From Geopsychrobacteraceae bacterium (lineage in GTDB: Bacteria; Desulfobacterota; Desulfuromonadia; Desulfuromonadales; Geopsychrobacteraceae): 64,000 bases of DNA. The number at the start of each line of letters is the position of its first letter. Within the stretch, counting starts at the first letter, position 1. Below the pieces are notes generated by a model. The model was not told where the DNA came from and searched no databases. It saw only the letters and a program-made list of their open reading frames with translations. The stretch covers positions 2,656,001 through 2,720,000 of the forward strand of contig OY759353.1 of NCBI GenBank assembly GCA_963662315.1, read 5' to 3'. Below, piece after piece: positions 27,669-37,735 of this stretch. The translations under genes and the position numbers were made by a program.

Positions 27669-28883
27669 TTAGCCGAACGCCAGAACCAGCGCCGAGTTGG
27701 TACCTCCAAAGCCTGCTGAATTGCACAACACCCTGGTTGGTGCCTGGGAGATGGTTTCACGGATAATATTCAGCCCGGCAGTTTCCTCAGCCGGCTTTGC
27801 AAAATTCAGATTGGGAGCAATAAAACCTTCCTGCGCCATAATTGTCGAGTAAACAACCTGTGAAGCGCCTGACATCCACAGCTCGTGACCGGTCATCGAC
27901 TTCAATGATGAAATCGGCGGGGTATTGGTCCCGAACACCTTGCGGATATTCGCCGCTTCGGCAGCGTCACCGGCAGGGGTGGAGGTTGCATGAGCACAGA
28001 GGTAATCTATTTCGCCAGCCGCCATACCGCTTTGTGCGAGAGCCATGATCATCGCACGACACAAGCCATCTTCACTGGGGACCGACAGCTGCTCGCCATC
28101 TGAAGAGAAACCATAACCGACCAGCTCGCCAAGGATTTTCGCCCCGCGTTGTTCGGCAAGATCGTAGCGTTCCAGAATGACCGTCGCCGCACCACCACTG
28201 GGCACCAGCCCATCGCGGTCGGCGTCAAAGGGGCGACATGCCGCAGTCGGATTATCAAGGCGCATGGAGAAGGCGCCCAAACCGTCAAAACTGCACATCG
28301 ACTGCCAGTTCAACTCCTGAGCACCGCCGCAGATCATCCGTTCCTGACGGCCCATCCGAATCAGGTCTGCAGCCTGACCAAGGGCATGACCGCCGCTGGA
28401 ACAGGCGGAACTAAGACTCCAGCACGCCCCTCTGGTTTTCAGCAGAGTGTTCAGGTTCATGGTCACCGAGGAGGTCATGGAGCGAAAAATCTGACCACTG
28501 CCGATGGCCTTGGTTTCCTTGCGCTCACGCAGGATATCGACCTGCTCGATCGCAGCCAGACAACTTGAATCACAGCCATAAAGCAACCCGGTCTGGTCAT
28601 TTTCGATGGCAGCGCCATCCAGGCCCGCCATAGCCAAGGCATCCTGCGCCGTTTTATAAGTCCAGACAGCAAAGTCTGGCATGCTTTTGCGCTGTTTTCG
28701 CGATAGTACCGACAGATCAAAGTCACGGATCTGGCCCGTCAACGGGCTACGGAAACCAAGTTCGACCCGCTGTGGATCAAGCACAATGCCCGACCGTCCC
28801 TCTCTAAGAGAAGTCCCAACACTTTGAATATCATTCCCCAGACAGGAAACTATGCCGATTCCAGTAATAGCGACTCTATACAA
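27669..28883 (-). CDS. Beta-ketoacyl-ACP synthase (FabB/F-like)
   Basis: RVAITGIG, SACSSG, AHATST, GHELWMSG; probable TTG start at 28883. Confidence 0.9.
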   Translation of the reverse strand: MYRVAITGIGIVSCLGNDIQSVGTSLREGRSGIVLDPQRVELGFRSPLTGQIRDFDLSVLSRKQRKSMPDFAVWTYKTAQDALAMAGLDGAAIENDQTGLLYGCDSSCLAAIEQVDILRERKETKAIGSGQIFRSMTSSVTMNLNTLLKTRGACWSLSSACSSGGHALGQAADLIRMGRQERMICGGAQELNWQSMCSFDGLGAFSMRLDNPTAACRPFDADRDGLVPSGGAATVILERYDLAEQRGAKILGELVGYGFSSDGEQLSVPSEDGLCRAMIMALAQSGMAAGEIDYLCAHATSTPAGDAAEAANIRKVFGTNTPPISSLKSMTGHELWMSGASQVVYSTIMAQEGFIAPNLNFAKPAEETAGLNIIRETISQAPTRVLCNSAGFGGTNSALVLAFG

Positions 28884-29018
28884 ATTCTCAACCCTTTGAG
28901 GCAGTAGTGGACTACTTTTCATAGTCACCAAGACACGCAGCAAGATCTTTAAACAACCTGATCGTAGAGTATTCAGGCAGTCCTTGCGCCTTTGCGTCTT
29001 CGCGGTTAACGACTCTTG

Positions 29019-29747
29019 CTAGATATGAGCTCCACCATTGACCGCAAACACCTGGCCGGTAATATAACTGGCCCGTTCGGAGCATAAAAAGCCAACCAAG
29101 CCTGAAACTTCCTCGGGCAGGCCAACCCGGCCCAGAGGAATCATTGGCAGGATCTGTTCCATCGGCAGGTCGGCGGTCATTTCCGTGGCAATAAAACCGG
29201 GAGACACGGCATTGACCAGAATTTTACGCCGTCCGACTTCCGCTGCCAGAGAACGCGTTGCCCCGATCAATCCTGCTTTAGCTGCCGAGTAATTGACCTG
29301 CCCCGCCATACCGGTTTCTCCAGAGGTCGACACGATATTGATGATCCGCCCTTTACGCTTTTTCAGCATGCGCGCCAGCACCGGTCGCGTCACATGGAAA
29401 AAACCACCAAGGTGGACACTCAAGACATCATCCCAGTCCTTTTCACTCATCAACGCCAGAATCCCATCACGTGCAAACCCGGCATTATTAACCAGCACAT
29501 AGGGGGTATCCTGCTCAAGCAATGGTTCAAGTGCTGCTTCAACAGCTCCAATGTCAGCAACGTCAAAAGGCACCAGTGTCGTACTGCCACCTGCTGCTGT
29601 TATTTCAGCGGCTATGGTCTCGGCCGCCGCATGGTCACTGCGGTAGTTCAACCAGATATGAAAACCGTCCTGTGCCAGTTCACGGGCAATTGCGGCTCCA
29701 ATTCCCTTGCTGGCTCCAGTCACTAGTGCAATAGGTTTGTCCTGCAT
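29019..29747 (-). CDS. fabG: 3-oxoacyl-ACP reductase
   Basis: TGASKGIG, NNAG, YSAAK, VSPGFI. Confidence 0.93.
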   Translation of the reverse strand: MQDKPIALVTGASKGIGAAIARELAQDGFHIWLNYRSDHAAAETIAAEITAAGGSTTLVPFDVADIGAVEAALEPLLEQDTPYVLVNNAGFARDGILALMSEKDWDDVLSVHLGGFFHVTRPVLARMLKKRKGRIINIVSTSGETGMAGQVNYSAAKAGLIGATRSLAAEVGRRKILVNAVSPGFIATEMTADLPMEQILPMIPLGRVGLPEEVSGLVGFLCSERASYITGQVFAVNGGAHI

Positions 29748-29787
29748 GTGCTTATCAACTTTCCTGCGGTCAGAAATTCAATATAAC

Positions 29788-30345
29788 TTAACGTACGGCA
29801 GCAACCTTACCACTAGCGTCAAAATCAACGCCAAGAGTCCGGTAACGATTGGCCCAGTAAATCCAGGTGGCGGAGTCCAAAGAAGGAGTTTTGTGGGCCG
29901 CCGGATAGCCTAAGGCTGCCAGAATTCCAGCTTTTGTCATTCCGACATAAGCTTTCCCTTCTTTCATTCCCTTTTGATCAAGTTTTGATAATTTGCTGAA
30001 AGAGACTGGCTGAGCAGAGGTTATCAACTCAATGTATTCATCGGTCCCCATACCCATCCGCTTGCTATGGCATTCAAAACGAATACGCATTCCGTCAGCA
30101 CCATAGGTAAACTCAAACCCTTTACGATTCTTCTTGTCTATGGTAATTGCGCTACCCGCCGGTACAATGACATGCCCCGCGCCGGGATCGGTATAATTGG
30201 CGTAGCTGGCATTAGCAAGCCGCCCTTCTTTAACCTGAGCATGAATATTATATTTTGTGTAACGAACATCCGCTGCCATTGCAGCAGCACTGGTCCCCAA
30301 AAGAAATACTGCAACGAAACAAAAAGCCTTCACCCATGTTTTCAT
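29788..30345 (-). CDS. Exported protein with SmpA/OmlA-like C-terminal module
   Basis: MKTWVKAF signal peptide ending AMA; YVGMTKAGILAALGYP...WIYW; AAGGGGG RBS. Confidence 0.7.
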   Translation of the reverse strand: MKTWVKAFCFVAVFLLGTSAAAMAADVRYTKYNIHAQVKEGRLANASYANYTDPGAGHVIVPAGSAITIDKKNRKGFEFTYGADGMRIRFECHSKRMGMGTDEYIELITSAQPVSFSKLSKLDQKGMKEGKAYVGMTKAGILAALGYPAAHKTPSLDSATWIYWANRYRTLGVDFDASGKVAAVR

Positions 30346-30520
30346 ATTTCCCCCTTTATATGTGGGCACGCCATCGATCCGAAAATGAGCTATAGTAAGG
30401 ACTTGCGTCCAGATGATCAAGGAATTTTCCCGCCTCTTCGCAACTGACTGACGAAAGAGGCCTCTCCCTTGTAAAATTTCCATAGTCCCCCAGACATTTC
30501 CACCCCTTTTCAGGGGTATT

Positions 30521-31336
30521 TCACAGATTGAACTCTGCCCAGATTGGGCAATGGTCCGATGGTTTTTCCATAGCGCGCAGAGTGTAGTCAATTCCGGTAC
30601 CGACACACCGGGCGTTCAATGCTTCTGTTGCCAAAATCAGGTCGATCCGCAGTCCACGTTTTGGTTCCTGTTCGAACCCTTTTGAACGATAGTCAAACCA
30701 GCTGAAGCTGTCATTCCGGTCAGGATTAGCGTTGCGGTAGGTATCAACCAGCCCCCACCCCAGCAATTTTTCCAGCCATTCACGCTCCTCGGGTAAAAAG
30801 CTGCATTTGCCAGCCTTTAACCAGCGCTTGCGATTTTCTTCTCCGATACCGATATCACTGTCCTGGGGAGAAATATTCATATCACCCATGACGATGACAA
30901 GGTCCTCTGGGCTTGCCTGAGTTTCCAGGTAGCTCTGCAGGTTTGCATAAAAATTCATTTTATTAGGAAACTTTTCCGGATGATTGCGGCTTTCACCCTG
31001 GGGAAAGTAGCCATTTAAAACCCGTAGCAGCCGCCCATCGGGAAGCTTATGAGTCGTGATCAGCATGCGGCGCTGATGATTTTCCGCCTCTCCCGGAAAT
31101 CCTTTTTCAACACAGACAGGTGCCTGCCTGGAAAAGGTCGCTACCCCATAGTGCGCTTTCTGACCATGATGAATCATGTGATAGCCCAGCTCTGCCAACC
31201 CTTCATGAGGAAATTCACTATCGTGGACCTTGATTTCCTGCAGACCGATAATATCCGGAGAATGTTGTTCAACCAGGGCCTCAAGTTGATGAAACCTGGC
31301 ACGGATGCCGTTGATATTAAATGACACGATTTTCAC
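30521..31336 (-). CDS. xthA: Exodeoxyribonuclease III
   Basis: [28 protein letters not shown]. Confidence 0.96.
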   Translation of the reverse strand: MKIVSFNINGIRARFHQLEALVEQHSPDIIGLQEIKVHDSEFPHEGLAELGYHMIHHGQKAHYGVATFSRQAPVCVEKGFPGEAENHQRRMLITTHKLPDGRLLRVLNGYFPQGESRNHPEKFPNKMNFYANLQSYLETQASPEDLVIVMGDMNISPQDSDIGIGEENRKRWLKAGKCSFLPEEREWLEKLLGWGLVDTYRNANPDRNDSFSWFDYRSKGFEQEPKRGLRIDLILATEALNARCVGTGIDYTLRAMEKPSDHCPIWAEFNL

Positions 31337-31371
31337 TGATAGATCCTTTTCGGGGAATTAAAGCAACCTGC

Positions 31372-33198
31372 CTAGCGACACAAAAAACCGATGATCTCGG
31401 CCATAAAATCATTGCCATAACGCTGCAACTTGGTCTGTCCGACCCCGTTTATCTGAAGCATGGCATCCTTGTCCGTTGGTAAAGTTGCTGCCATTTCAGC
31501 CAGGGTCGCATCACCAAAGACAACGTAAGGCGGCACACCATCACGGTCGGCAATCTCTTTGCGCAGAACCCGGAGCTGATTGAACAGAGCCATATCATAT
31601 TCAAGTCCAACGATTTTCCGCTCCACTTTCTTTTTCCGTTCCGGCTTGTTTCTTGGCAAGGTCAATTCAAGGGATACTTCACCGCGTAACAGGGGGCGCG
31701 CCGTTTCCGTCAACTTCAATACCGAGTAATTGGCGATATCCTGTTCCAGGTAGCCATAATGGATCAACTGACGGATCAGGTGGCTCCAGTGATCATTGCT
31801 CTTATCCCGGCCGATACCATAGGTAGACAAACGGTCATGGCGTAAATCGAGGAGTCGCTGACTTTTCGACCCACGTAACACCTCAACAACATGTCCGATC
31901 CCAAACCGCTGCTCGACACGAAACACACAGGATAAAGCTTTACGGGCATCCTCCGTGGCATCATAGCGCTCTGGCGGATTCTGACAGGTGTCGCAGTTAC
32001 CGCAATCCGTATCTAATAACTCGCCAAAGTAGCCAAGCAATGCGCGCCGTCGGCAAATGCCCGCTTCAGCAAAAGCCACCATGGCATTGAGTTTATGAAT
32101 TTCAATGCGATTTTGCTCAGGGTTGCCTCCGCGCTCAATCAGGCCGCGACTGATGGCAATATCCCCGTAGCCAAACAGCAGCAATGCTTCTGCCGGCAGA
32201 CCATCGCGCCCGGCCCGACCCGTTTCCTGATAATAGCTCTCAATATTGCGGGGCAGGTCATAGTGAACCACAAAGCGGACGTTTGGCTTATCAATCCCCA
32301 TACCAAAGGCGACAGTTGCGACAACCACCTCAATATTATCGCGCAGAAACTCTTCCTGAACCCGCTTACGCTCAAGCCCGGCCAAACCCGCATGGTAGGA
32401 AGCGGCTCGATAGCCGTCTTCACACAGCTTTTCAGCAACTTCCTCGACCCGTTTGCGGCTCAGACAGTAGACAATACCAGCTTCACTGTGATGCTGGTCC
32501 AGAAACGCCGACAGTTGCTGATAGGGCTTACTCTTATCGAGGACGGAGTAACGAATATTGGGGCGATCAAAACCGGCAACAACCTGGTAAGCATCACGCA
32601 ACCTCAACTGCTGTACAATATCGTTTCGGGTCTGCTTTTCCGCGGTCGCAGTTAAGGCGATCATGGGAATAGCAGGAAAGAGATCGCGCAAGCGCCCCAA
32701 TTCAACATATTCCGGTCGAAAATCATGCCCCCAATGGGAGACGCAATGGGCCTCATCAATGGCAAATAAAGCAATGTCTATCGATTCCAGGCGAGCTAGA
32801 AATTCACTGCTCAGCAAGCGTTCCGGGGCAATATACAGGAGGTCGAGCTCACCTGCGTGCAGCTTGGCCAGCACCCGACGTGCTTCATCAGCACTCAACG
32901 TCGAGTTGTAGCAGGCTGCGGCGACCCCGTTAGCCTGCAGACTATCGACCTGATCTTTCATCAATGAAATCAGCGGCGAAACAACAATCGCGATTCCCGG
33001 GCGGTGCAGTGCCGGCACCTGGTAACACAGTGATTTACCACCGCCGGTCGGCATTAGCACAAAGCAATCCTGCCCGTCTATCAGCGCCTCGATGATCTCT
33101 TCCTGATAGGGACGGTATGTCTGGTAACCAAAAACCGTCTGCAGGGTTTGCTGAATGGTCGCGCCGCGCTCAATTATTTCAAAATCTTCTATATTCAT
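31372..33198 (-). CDS. recQ: ATP-dependent DNA helicase RecQ
   Basis: PTGGGKS, DEAH, WGHDFRP, QETGRAGRDG, Zn-binding Cys, RQC and HRDC regions. Confidence 0.97.
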   Translation of the reverse strand: MNIEDFEIIERGATIQQTLQTVFGYQTYRPYQEEIIEALIDGQDCFVLMPTGGGKSLCYQVPALHRPGIAIVVSPLISLMKDQVDSLQANGVAAACYNSTLSADEARRVLAKLHAGELDLLYIAPERLLSSEFLARLESIDIALFAIDEAHCVSHWGHDFRPEYVELGRLRDLFPAIPMIALTATAEKQTRNDIVQQLRLRDAYQVVAGFDRPNIRYSVLDKSKPYQQLSAFLDQHHSEAGIVYCLSRKRVEEVAEKLCEDGYRAASYHAGLAGLERKRVQEEFLRDNIEVVVATVAFGMGIDKPNVRFVVHYDLPRNIESYYQETGRAGRDGLPAEALLLFGYGDIAISRGLIERGGNPEQNRIEIHKLNAMVAFAEAGICRRRALLGYFGELLDTDCGNCDTCQNPPERYDATEDARKALSCVFRVEQRFGIGHVVEVLRGSKSQRLLDLRHDRLSTYGIGRDKSNDHWSHLIRQLIHYGYLEQDIANYSVLKLTETARPLLRGEVSLELTLPRNKPERKKKVERKIVGLEYDMALFNQLRVLRKEIADRDGVPPYVVFGDATLAEMAATLPTDKDAMLQINGVGQTKLQRYGNDFMAEIIGFLCR

Positions 33199-33201
33199 AG
33201 C

Positions 33202-34539
33202 TTAATAAGGGTAATAACCAGGGTCCGTTTGACGGTTTTTGATCAGCTGTCGTGTTTTTTCATCTTCTACTACCAATGCCGCCGCATCAACGCCACTGGC
33301 ATCAATAGCAATCCGCTGCTTGCTGTGGTAGACCGGTAATTTTTCAAGACGGTTGATCACACGCCACCAGCAACTCTCAAGGGAAACAGGATTGATATCA
33401 TCATCAACAATAATGATCAACCGGGCATGCTGTAATGGGCCACTTTGCCACAGGGAGTGAATCAGCTGCCTGACCTTGACCAAGCGGGGCTGACTTACGG
33501 CAATAATTGAAACCCCATGAAAAATCGTTGTCAGGGGCATAACCATATGACTTATGTCACTGTATTGCTGCTTCAGGAGTTGCCTGATCAGTATTTCATT
33601 AGCAGCAGCAAGCCAGATATTTTCACTAGGAGGCGGACCTACTACCGTAAAGGGTATAATCGCATTATTGCGGTGTTGAATTGAAGTGACCCGCATCAGG
33701 GGACAATCGTGGCGCGAGGCATAAGTTCCTGTATGGTTTCCAAACGGCCCTTCATTGCAAATTTCTCCAGGTGATATATAGCCACTGATAACCAGTTCAG
33801 CGCTGTCAGGAACCAATAAACGACTATCCTGAAGTTTCATTTGAGGAAAATCCTCATTGAAAAACTTTCGACAAAACGCTAAATCATCAACCTCAGCAGG
33901 AAGTGGGGCCGCAGCGGCCCACATCAACACGGGATCACAACCCAGCACCAGACACACAGGCAGGGTCGTTCCCTGTTCACCTGCAGCCATTAAATGAGCA
34001 TAAGCATCAGATGATTTGGAAAAATTTATTGCCAGCGTCTTGTCATCAATACGCTGAACACGGTACAGCCCGAAATTATGCCTTCCGCTGACAGGATCGT
34101 TCGTAATCGTCAGTGCCAGGGTGAAGTATGGCTTCCCCTCTTCAGGCCAGCATTTAAGGGCAGGAAGATCTGACAGGCGACATGACCCGTTAAGGGGATA
34201 AATCTGATCTTGCACTGACGGCAACGTTGGTGTTGGCCGATCGGCCTTTGGCTCCGCAGCACCATGACCACCCAGATACGCCTGAACCTTCTGTTCAAAG
34301 TTCGCCAGCGAAGTAGTTCTGAGAATTGCGGCCATCCGTGTCTCGGATGCAAACATGTTTGTAACAACAGGAAAATTTCCCGGTACCGGGCGATCAAACA
34401 ATAGAGCGTTACTATGTTCGCTTCGGGCAAATTCACGGCGGCTGATAGCTGCCAGTTCAAGGTCGGTCGCTACCGAAGCGCTAACCCTTATCAACTCCCC
34501 CTGCTTATCACATATGGTCAGAAAATCGGATAGATTCAT
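33202..34539 (-). CDS. UbiD-family (prFMN-dependent) decarboxylase
   Basis: NFGLYRVQ, AELVISG, EGPFGNHTG, VGPPPSE, IIVDDD. Confidence 0.85.
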   Translation of the reverse strand: MNLSDFLTICDKQGELIRVSASVATDLELAAISRREFARSEHSNALLFDRPVPGNFPVVTNMFASETRMAAILRTTSLANFEQKVQAYLGGHGAAEPKADRPTPTLPSVQDQIYPLNGSCRLSDLPALKCWPEEGKPYFTLALTITNDPVSGRHNFGLYRVQRIDDKTLAINFSKSSDAYAHLMAAGEQGTTLPVCLVLGCDPVLMWAAAAPLPAEVDDLAFCRKFFNEDFPQMKLQDSRLLVPDSAELVISGYISPGEICNEGPFGNHTGTYASRHDCPLMRVTSIQHRNNAIIPFTVVGPPPSENIWLAAANEILIRQLLKQQYSDISHMVMPLTTIFHGVSIIAVSQPRLVKVRQLIHSLWQSGPLQHARLIIIVDDDINPVSLESCWWRVINRLEKLPVYHSKQRIAIDASGVDAAALVVEDEKTRQLIKNRQTDPGYYPY

Positions 34540-34567
34540 GCCCTTATCTTAATCGATTTTAGCCCAA

Positions 34568-34600
34568 TAAAAAAGCCCTCCAAAAATAAATGGAGGGCTT
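34568..34600 (-). terminator. Intrinsic terminator of the nuo operon
   Basis: Stem AAGCCCTCCA/TGGAGGGCTT followed by a T-run on the minus strand, just after nuoN. Confidence 0.8.
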
Positions 34601-34623
34601 GATAAAGCTGTATTAGAACTGGC

Positions 34624-36084
34624 CTACAAACCAGCGAGTTTGGCCAGCTGCATCAGGGTTCCCGGAACAATCCCCAGGTAAAGAACGCCGACCAGAGAAA
34701 TGATAATGGAGAGGACTGTCGGCATGTTCAGTTTAACCCAGGCAAAATCTTCCTGTGGGTCTTTAAAATACATTTGCACCATAATCCGCAGATAGTAGTA
34801 CAAAGACACAGCGGAATTTAATACGCCCAGAACTGCAAGCCATACGTAACCAGCCTTAATGGCCCCGGCAAAGATGTAGAACTTGCCGGTAAAGCCTGCA
34901 GTTGGCGGTAACCCCATCAGCGAGAACAGGAAAATACAAAGCGCAATTCCGAGAAACGGCTTTTTGTAGCCAAGACCGGCGATACCATCAAGAGTCAGGT
35001 TTTCCTCACCCTTTTTACCAAGCAGAACCAGTACTGCAAAAGCACCGACATTCATGAAGGTGTACACCAGCATATAGAACATGATGGCCGACAATCCAAC
35101 CGTATTCCAGGCGACCAGGCCAACAAGAGCATAGCCAGCATGGGAGATAGACGAATAAGCCAGCAGACGCTTGAGATCTTTCTGAGACAGAGCAATAAAG
35201 TTGCCAAAGATCATGGTCAGGACAGCCAGCAGCCAGAACAACGCGGTCAACTCACCTTCCATACTGTCAAGCCCGATGATAGCAACACGAATAAATGCGG
35301 CAAATGCAGCGGCCTTAGGACCTGCACTCATAAACCCGGTAATCGGTGTTGGCGCGCCCTGGTAGACATCGGGTGTCCACATATGGAAGGGCGCTGCGGC
35401 AACCTTAAACAGGAAACCAACCAGCAGGAGCAAGCCACCAGCAATGAACATGGTGTTCGTGGCAGCTTCCGGATTCATTTTCACATAATCGGCAATGCCC
35501 TGAATCTTGGTTGTCCCGGTAACACCATAGAGTAGCGCGACGCCGTAGAGGAGAAAACCCGTAGAGAATGCTCCCAGGAAAAAGTACTTCAGCCCTGCCT
35601 CATTGCTGCTCACCTTGTCACGGAAGAATCCTGCCAGGACATAAAGCGAAACGGACAGCACTTCAAGGCCAAGGAAAATGGTCATCAGATCGGTCCCGGA
35701 GACCATCCACATGGCTCCTGCCGTAGTAAACAGGATAAGCGGATAATATTCGCCGACAGGAAAGTCTTCTCGTTTGAGATAGTCATCGGACATCAGAATC
35801 GTCAGTCCGGCAGCGATGATACAGATCATACTGAAGAAGGTCGCGAAGTTGTCAAGCAGGACACTACCGGCAAAACCAGCTTGCGGGTTGTTCCAGCCGG
35901 ACAGGGTTACCATTCCGGTAATGATCAGGGCAACAATGCTTAACCACGCGACATGGGAGGTCTTCCCACGTGGTGAGAACACTGAGATCAGCAGCAGAAT
36001 CATACCAAAGGCACTCAGTACCAATGATGGCATGATAGCCTGCAAATTGACATTCTGGATGGCTTCTTGAACCAGATTTTCCAT
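34624..36084 (-). CDS. nuoN: NADH-quinone oxidoreductase subunit N
   Basis: EAGLKYF, PFHMWTPDVYQGAP, LAYSSISHAGY. Confidence 0.96.
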   Translation of the reverse strand: MENLVQEAIQNVNLQAIMPSLVLSAFGMILLLISVFSPRGKTSHVAWLSIVALIITGMVTLSGWNNPQAGFAGSVLLDNFATFFSMICIIAAGLTILMSDDYLKREDFPVGEYYPLILFTTAGAMWMVSGTDLMTIFLGLEVLSVSLYVLAGFFRDKVSSNEAGLKYFFLGAFSTGFLLYGVALLYGVTGTTKIQGIADYVKMNPEAATNTMFIAGGLLLLVGFLFKVAAAPFHMWTPDVYQGAPTPITGFMSAGPKAAAFAAFIRVAIIGLDSMEGELTALFWLLAVLTMIFGNFIALSQKDLKRLLAYSSISHAGYALVGLVAWNTVGLSAIMFYMLVYTFMNVGAFAVLVLLGKKGEENLTLDGIAGLGYKKPFLGIALCIFLFSLMGLPPTAGFTGKFYIFAGAIKAGYVWLAVLGVLNSAVSLYYYLRIMVQMYFKDPQEDFAWVKLNMPTVLSIIISLVGVLYLGIVPGTLMQLAKLAGL

Positions 36085-36116
36085 CGAACAGCTCCTCGGA
36101 ACCAGTGGTTATTCAA

Positions 36117-37682
36117 TCAATACGATTTAATATTGTCAATCGTGGCCACAGTCGGTTGTTCTACCTCAAGCACGACAACCTGACGGTTTTTCATCTGCTT
36201 GAGAACTTCTTCCATAGCCGGATTCATTTTATCGAAGAAGGTGTTTGGATAAATACCAATCCAGAACACAAACAGCAGCAATGGCAACATCAGAGCAACC
36301 TCACGAACATTCAGGTCCTTCAGGTTCTCATTGGCAGGATTAGTGACCTTGCCAAACATAACCCGTTGGTACATCCACAGCATGTAAACTGCAGCGAGGA
36401 TAACACCTGTTGTTGCGAACACGGCATACCAGCGTAATCCACCCTGGAAAGCCCCCATCAGAGCGAGGAATTCACCAATAAACCCGTTTGTTCCCGGCAA
36501 TCCGACAGAGGAAAAGGTCACAATCATGAAGATTGTGGCAAAAATCGGCATTTTATGTGCCAACCCGCCAAACTCGGTGATCAGACGGGTATGGCGACGC
36601 TCATAGATGAAACCGACGATAAGGAACAACGCGCCGGTAGAGATACCATGGTTGATCATCTGGATCATGCCTCCAGCAAGACCCTGCTGATTCATGGCAA
36701 ACACACCGAGCATGACAAAACCAAGGTGAGCAACCGATGAATAGGCGACCAGTTTTTTAACATCTTCCTGCATCATGGCCACCAGTGAACCGTAAATGAT
36801 ACCTACAACACAGAGAAAAGCCAGGAATGGGATAAAGGTCGGCAGCGCATCAGGGAATAGAGGCATAGCAAAGCGTACATAGCCATAGGTACCCATTTTC
36901 AGCAGCACCGCTGCCAGAATAACGGAACCTGCGGTTGGAGCTTCGGTATGAGCATCCGGCAACCAGGTATGCAAGGGGAACATCGGTACTTTGATGGCGA
37001 AACTGAAGCCAAAGGCGAGGAACAGCCAGAACTGGGCATAGTACGGAATATTCAGTTTGTAGAAGTCCTGAACACTGAAGCCGTTGACCGCAACACCACT
37101 CTTAACACCGTAGTAGTAGACAAAGATAATGGCAACCAACATCAGCAACGAGCCGACGGCTGTGTAGATAAAAAACTTTACCGCAGCGTAAATCCGGTTC
37201 TTTCCGCCCCAAATACCAATCAGGAAGTACATCGGGATCAGCATCAGTTCCCAGAATACATAGAAGAGGAACAGGTCAAGAGCCACAAAAGCGCCGAGCA
37301 TGCCTGTTTCGAGCAGCAGCAGCATGGCCATAAAACCCTTGGTGTTCTTTTCTACCGCGGTCCAGGTCGAGAGAACAGCAATCGGCATGATGAAAGTGGT
37401 CAGCATAACCAGCCACAGACTGATCCCATCAACACCAAGATTATAATTCATCTGAAAGAAATCACCGATGTTGATCCACTCATGAAATTCACGGTAGTGC
37501 ATTGCTCCGGAGGTTGTAAAAACCTTATCGAAAGCAAGAGGCAGACTGACCACGAAAGTAACTATTGTTACCGCAAAGGTGAACCCTTTGAGCAGCCCGT
37601 CGTTATCCCTTGGGATAAGGAGAAGAATCACCATTCCCAATAACGGGAGGAAAGTCATAATACTGAGAAGATTATCAGCCAT
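36117..37682 (-). CDS. nuoM: NADH-quinone oxidoreductase subunit M
   Basis: GVDGIS, WLPDAHTEAPTAGS, LKMG. Confidence 0.96.
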   Translation of the reverse strand: MADNLLSIMTFLPLLGMVILLLIPRDNDGLLKGFTFAVTIVTFVVSLPLAFDKVFTTSGAMHYREFHEWINIGDFFQMNYNLGVDGISLWLVMLTTFIMPIAVLSTWTAVEKNTKGFMAMLLLLETGMLGAFVALDLFLFYVFWELMLIPMYFLIGIWGGKNRIYAAVKFFIYTAVGSLLMLVAIIFVYYYGVKSGVAVNGFSVQDFYKLNIPYYAQFWLFLAFGFSFAIKVPMFPLHTWLPDAHTEAPTAGSVILAAVLLKMGTYGYVRFAMPLFPDALPTFIPFLAFLCVVGIIYGSLVAMMQEDVKKLVAYSSVAHLGFVMLGVFAMNQQGLAGGMIQMINHGISTGALFLIVGFIYERRHTRLITEFGGLAHKMPIFATIFMIVTFSSVGLPGTNGFIGEFLALMGAFQGGLRWYAVFATTGVILAAVYMLWMYQRVMFGKVTNPANENLKDLNVREVALMLPLLLFVFWIGIYPNTFFDKMNPAMEEVLKQMKNRQVVVLEVEQPTVATIDNIKSY

Positions 37683-37735
37683 GTGGAATCGCTCCTTAAA
37701 GCTTTATCGTATTCGCTGGCAAACTAATGCAAAAA

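Noticed and set aside
30346..30520. c-di-GMP (GEMM) riboswitch suggested by GGACGCAA
   Set aside because: The GGCAAA and GAAA-tetraloop elements are not present in the required arrangement.
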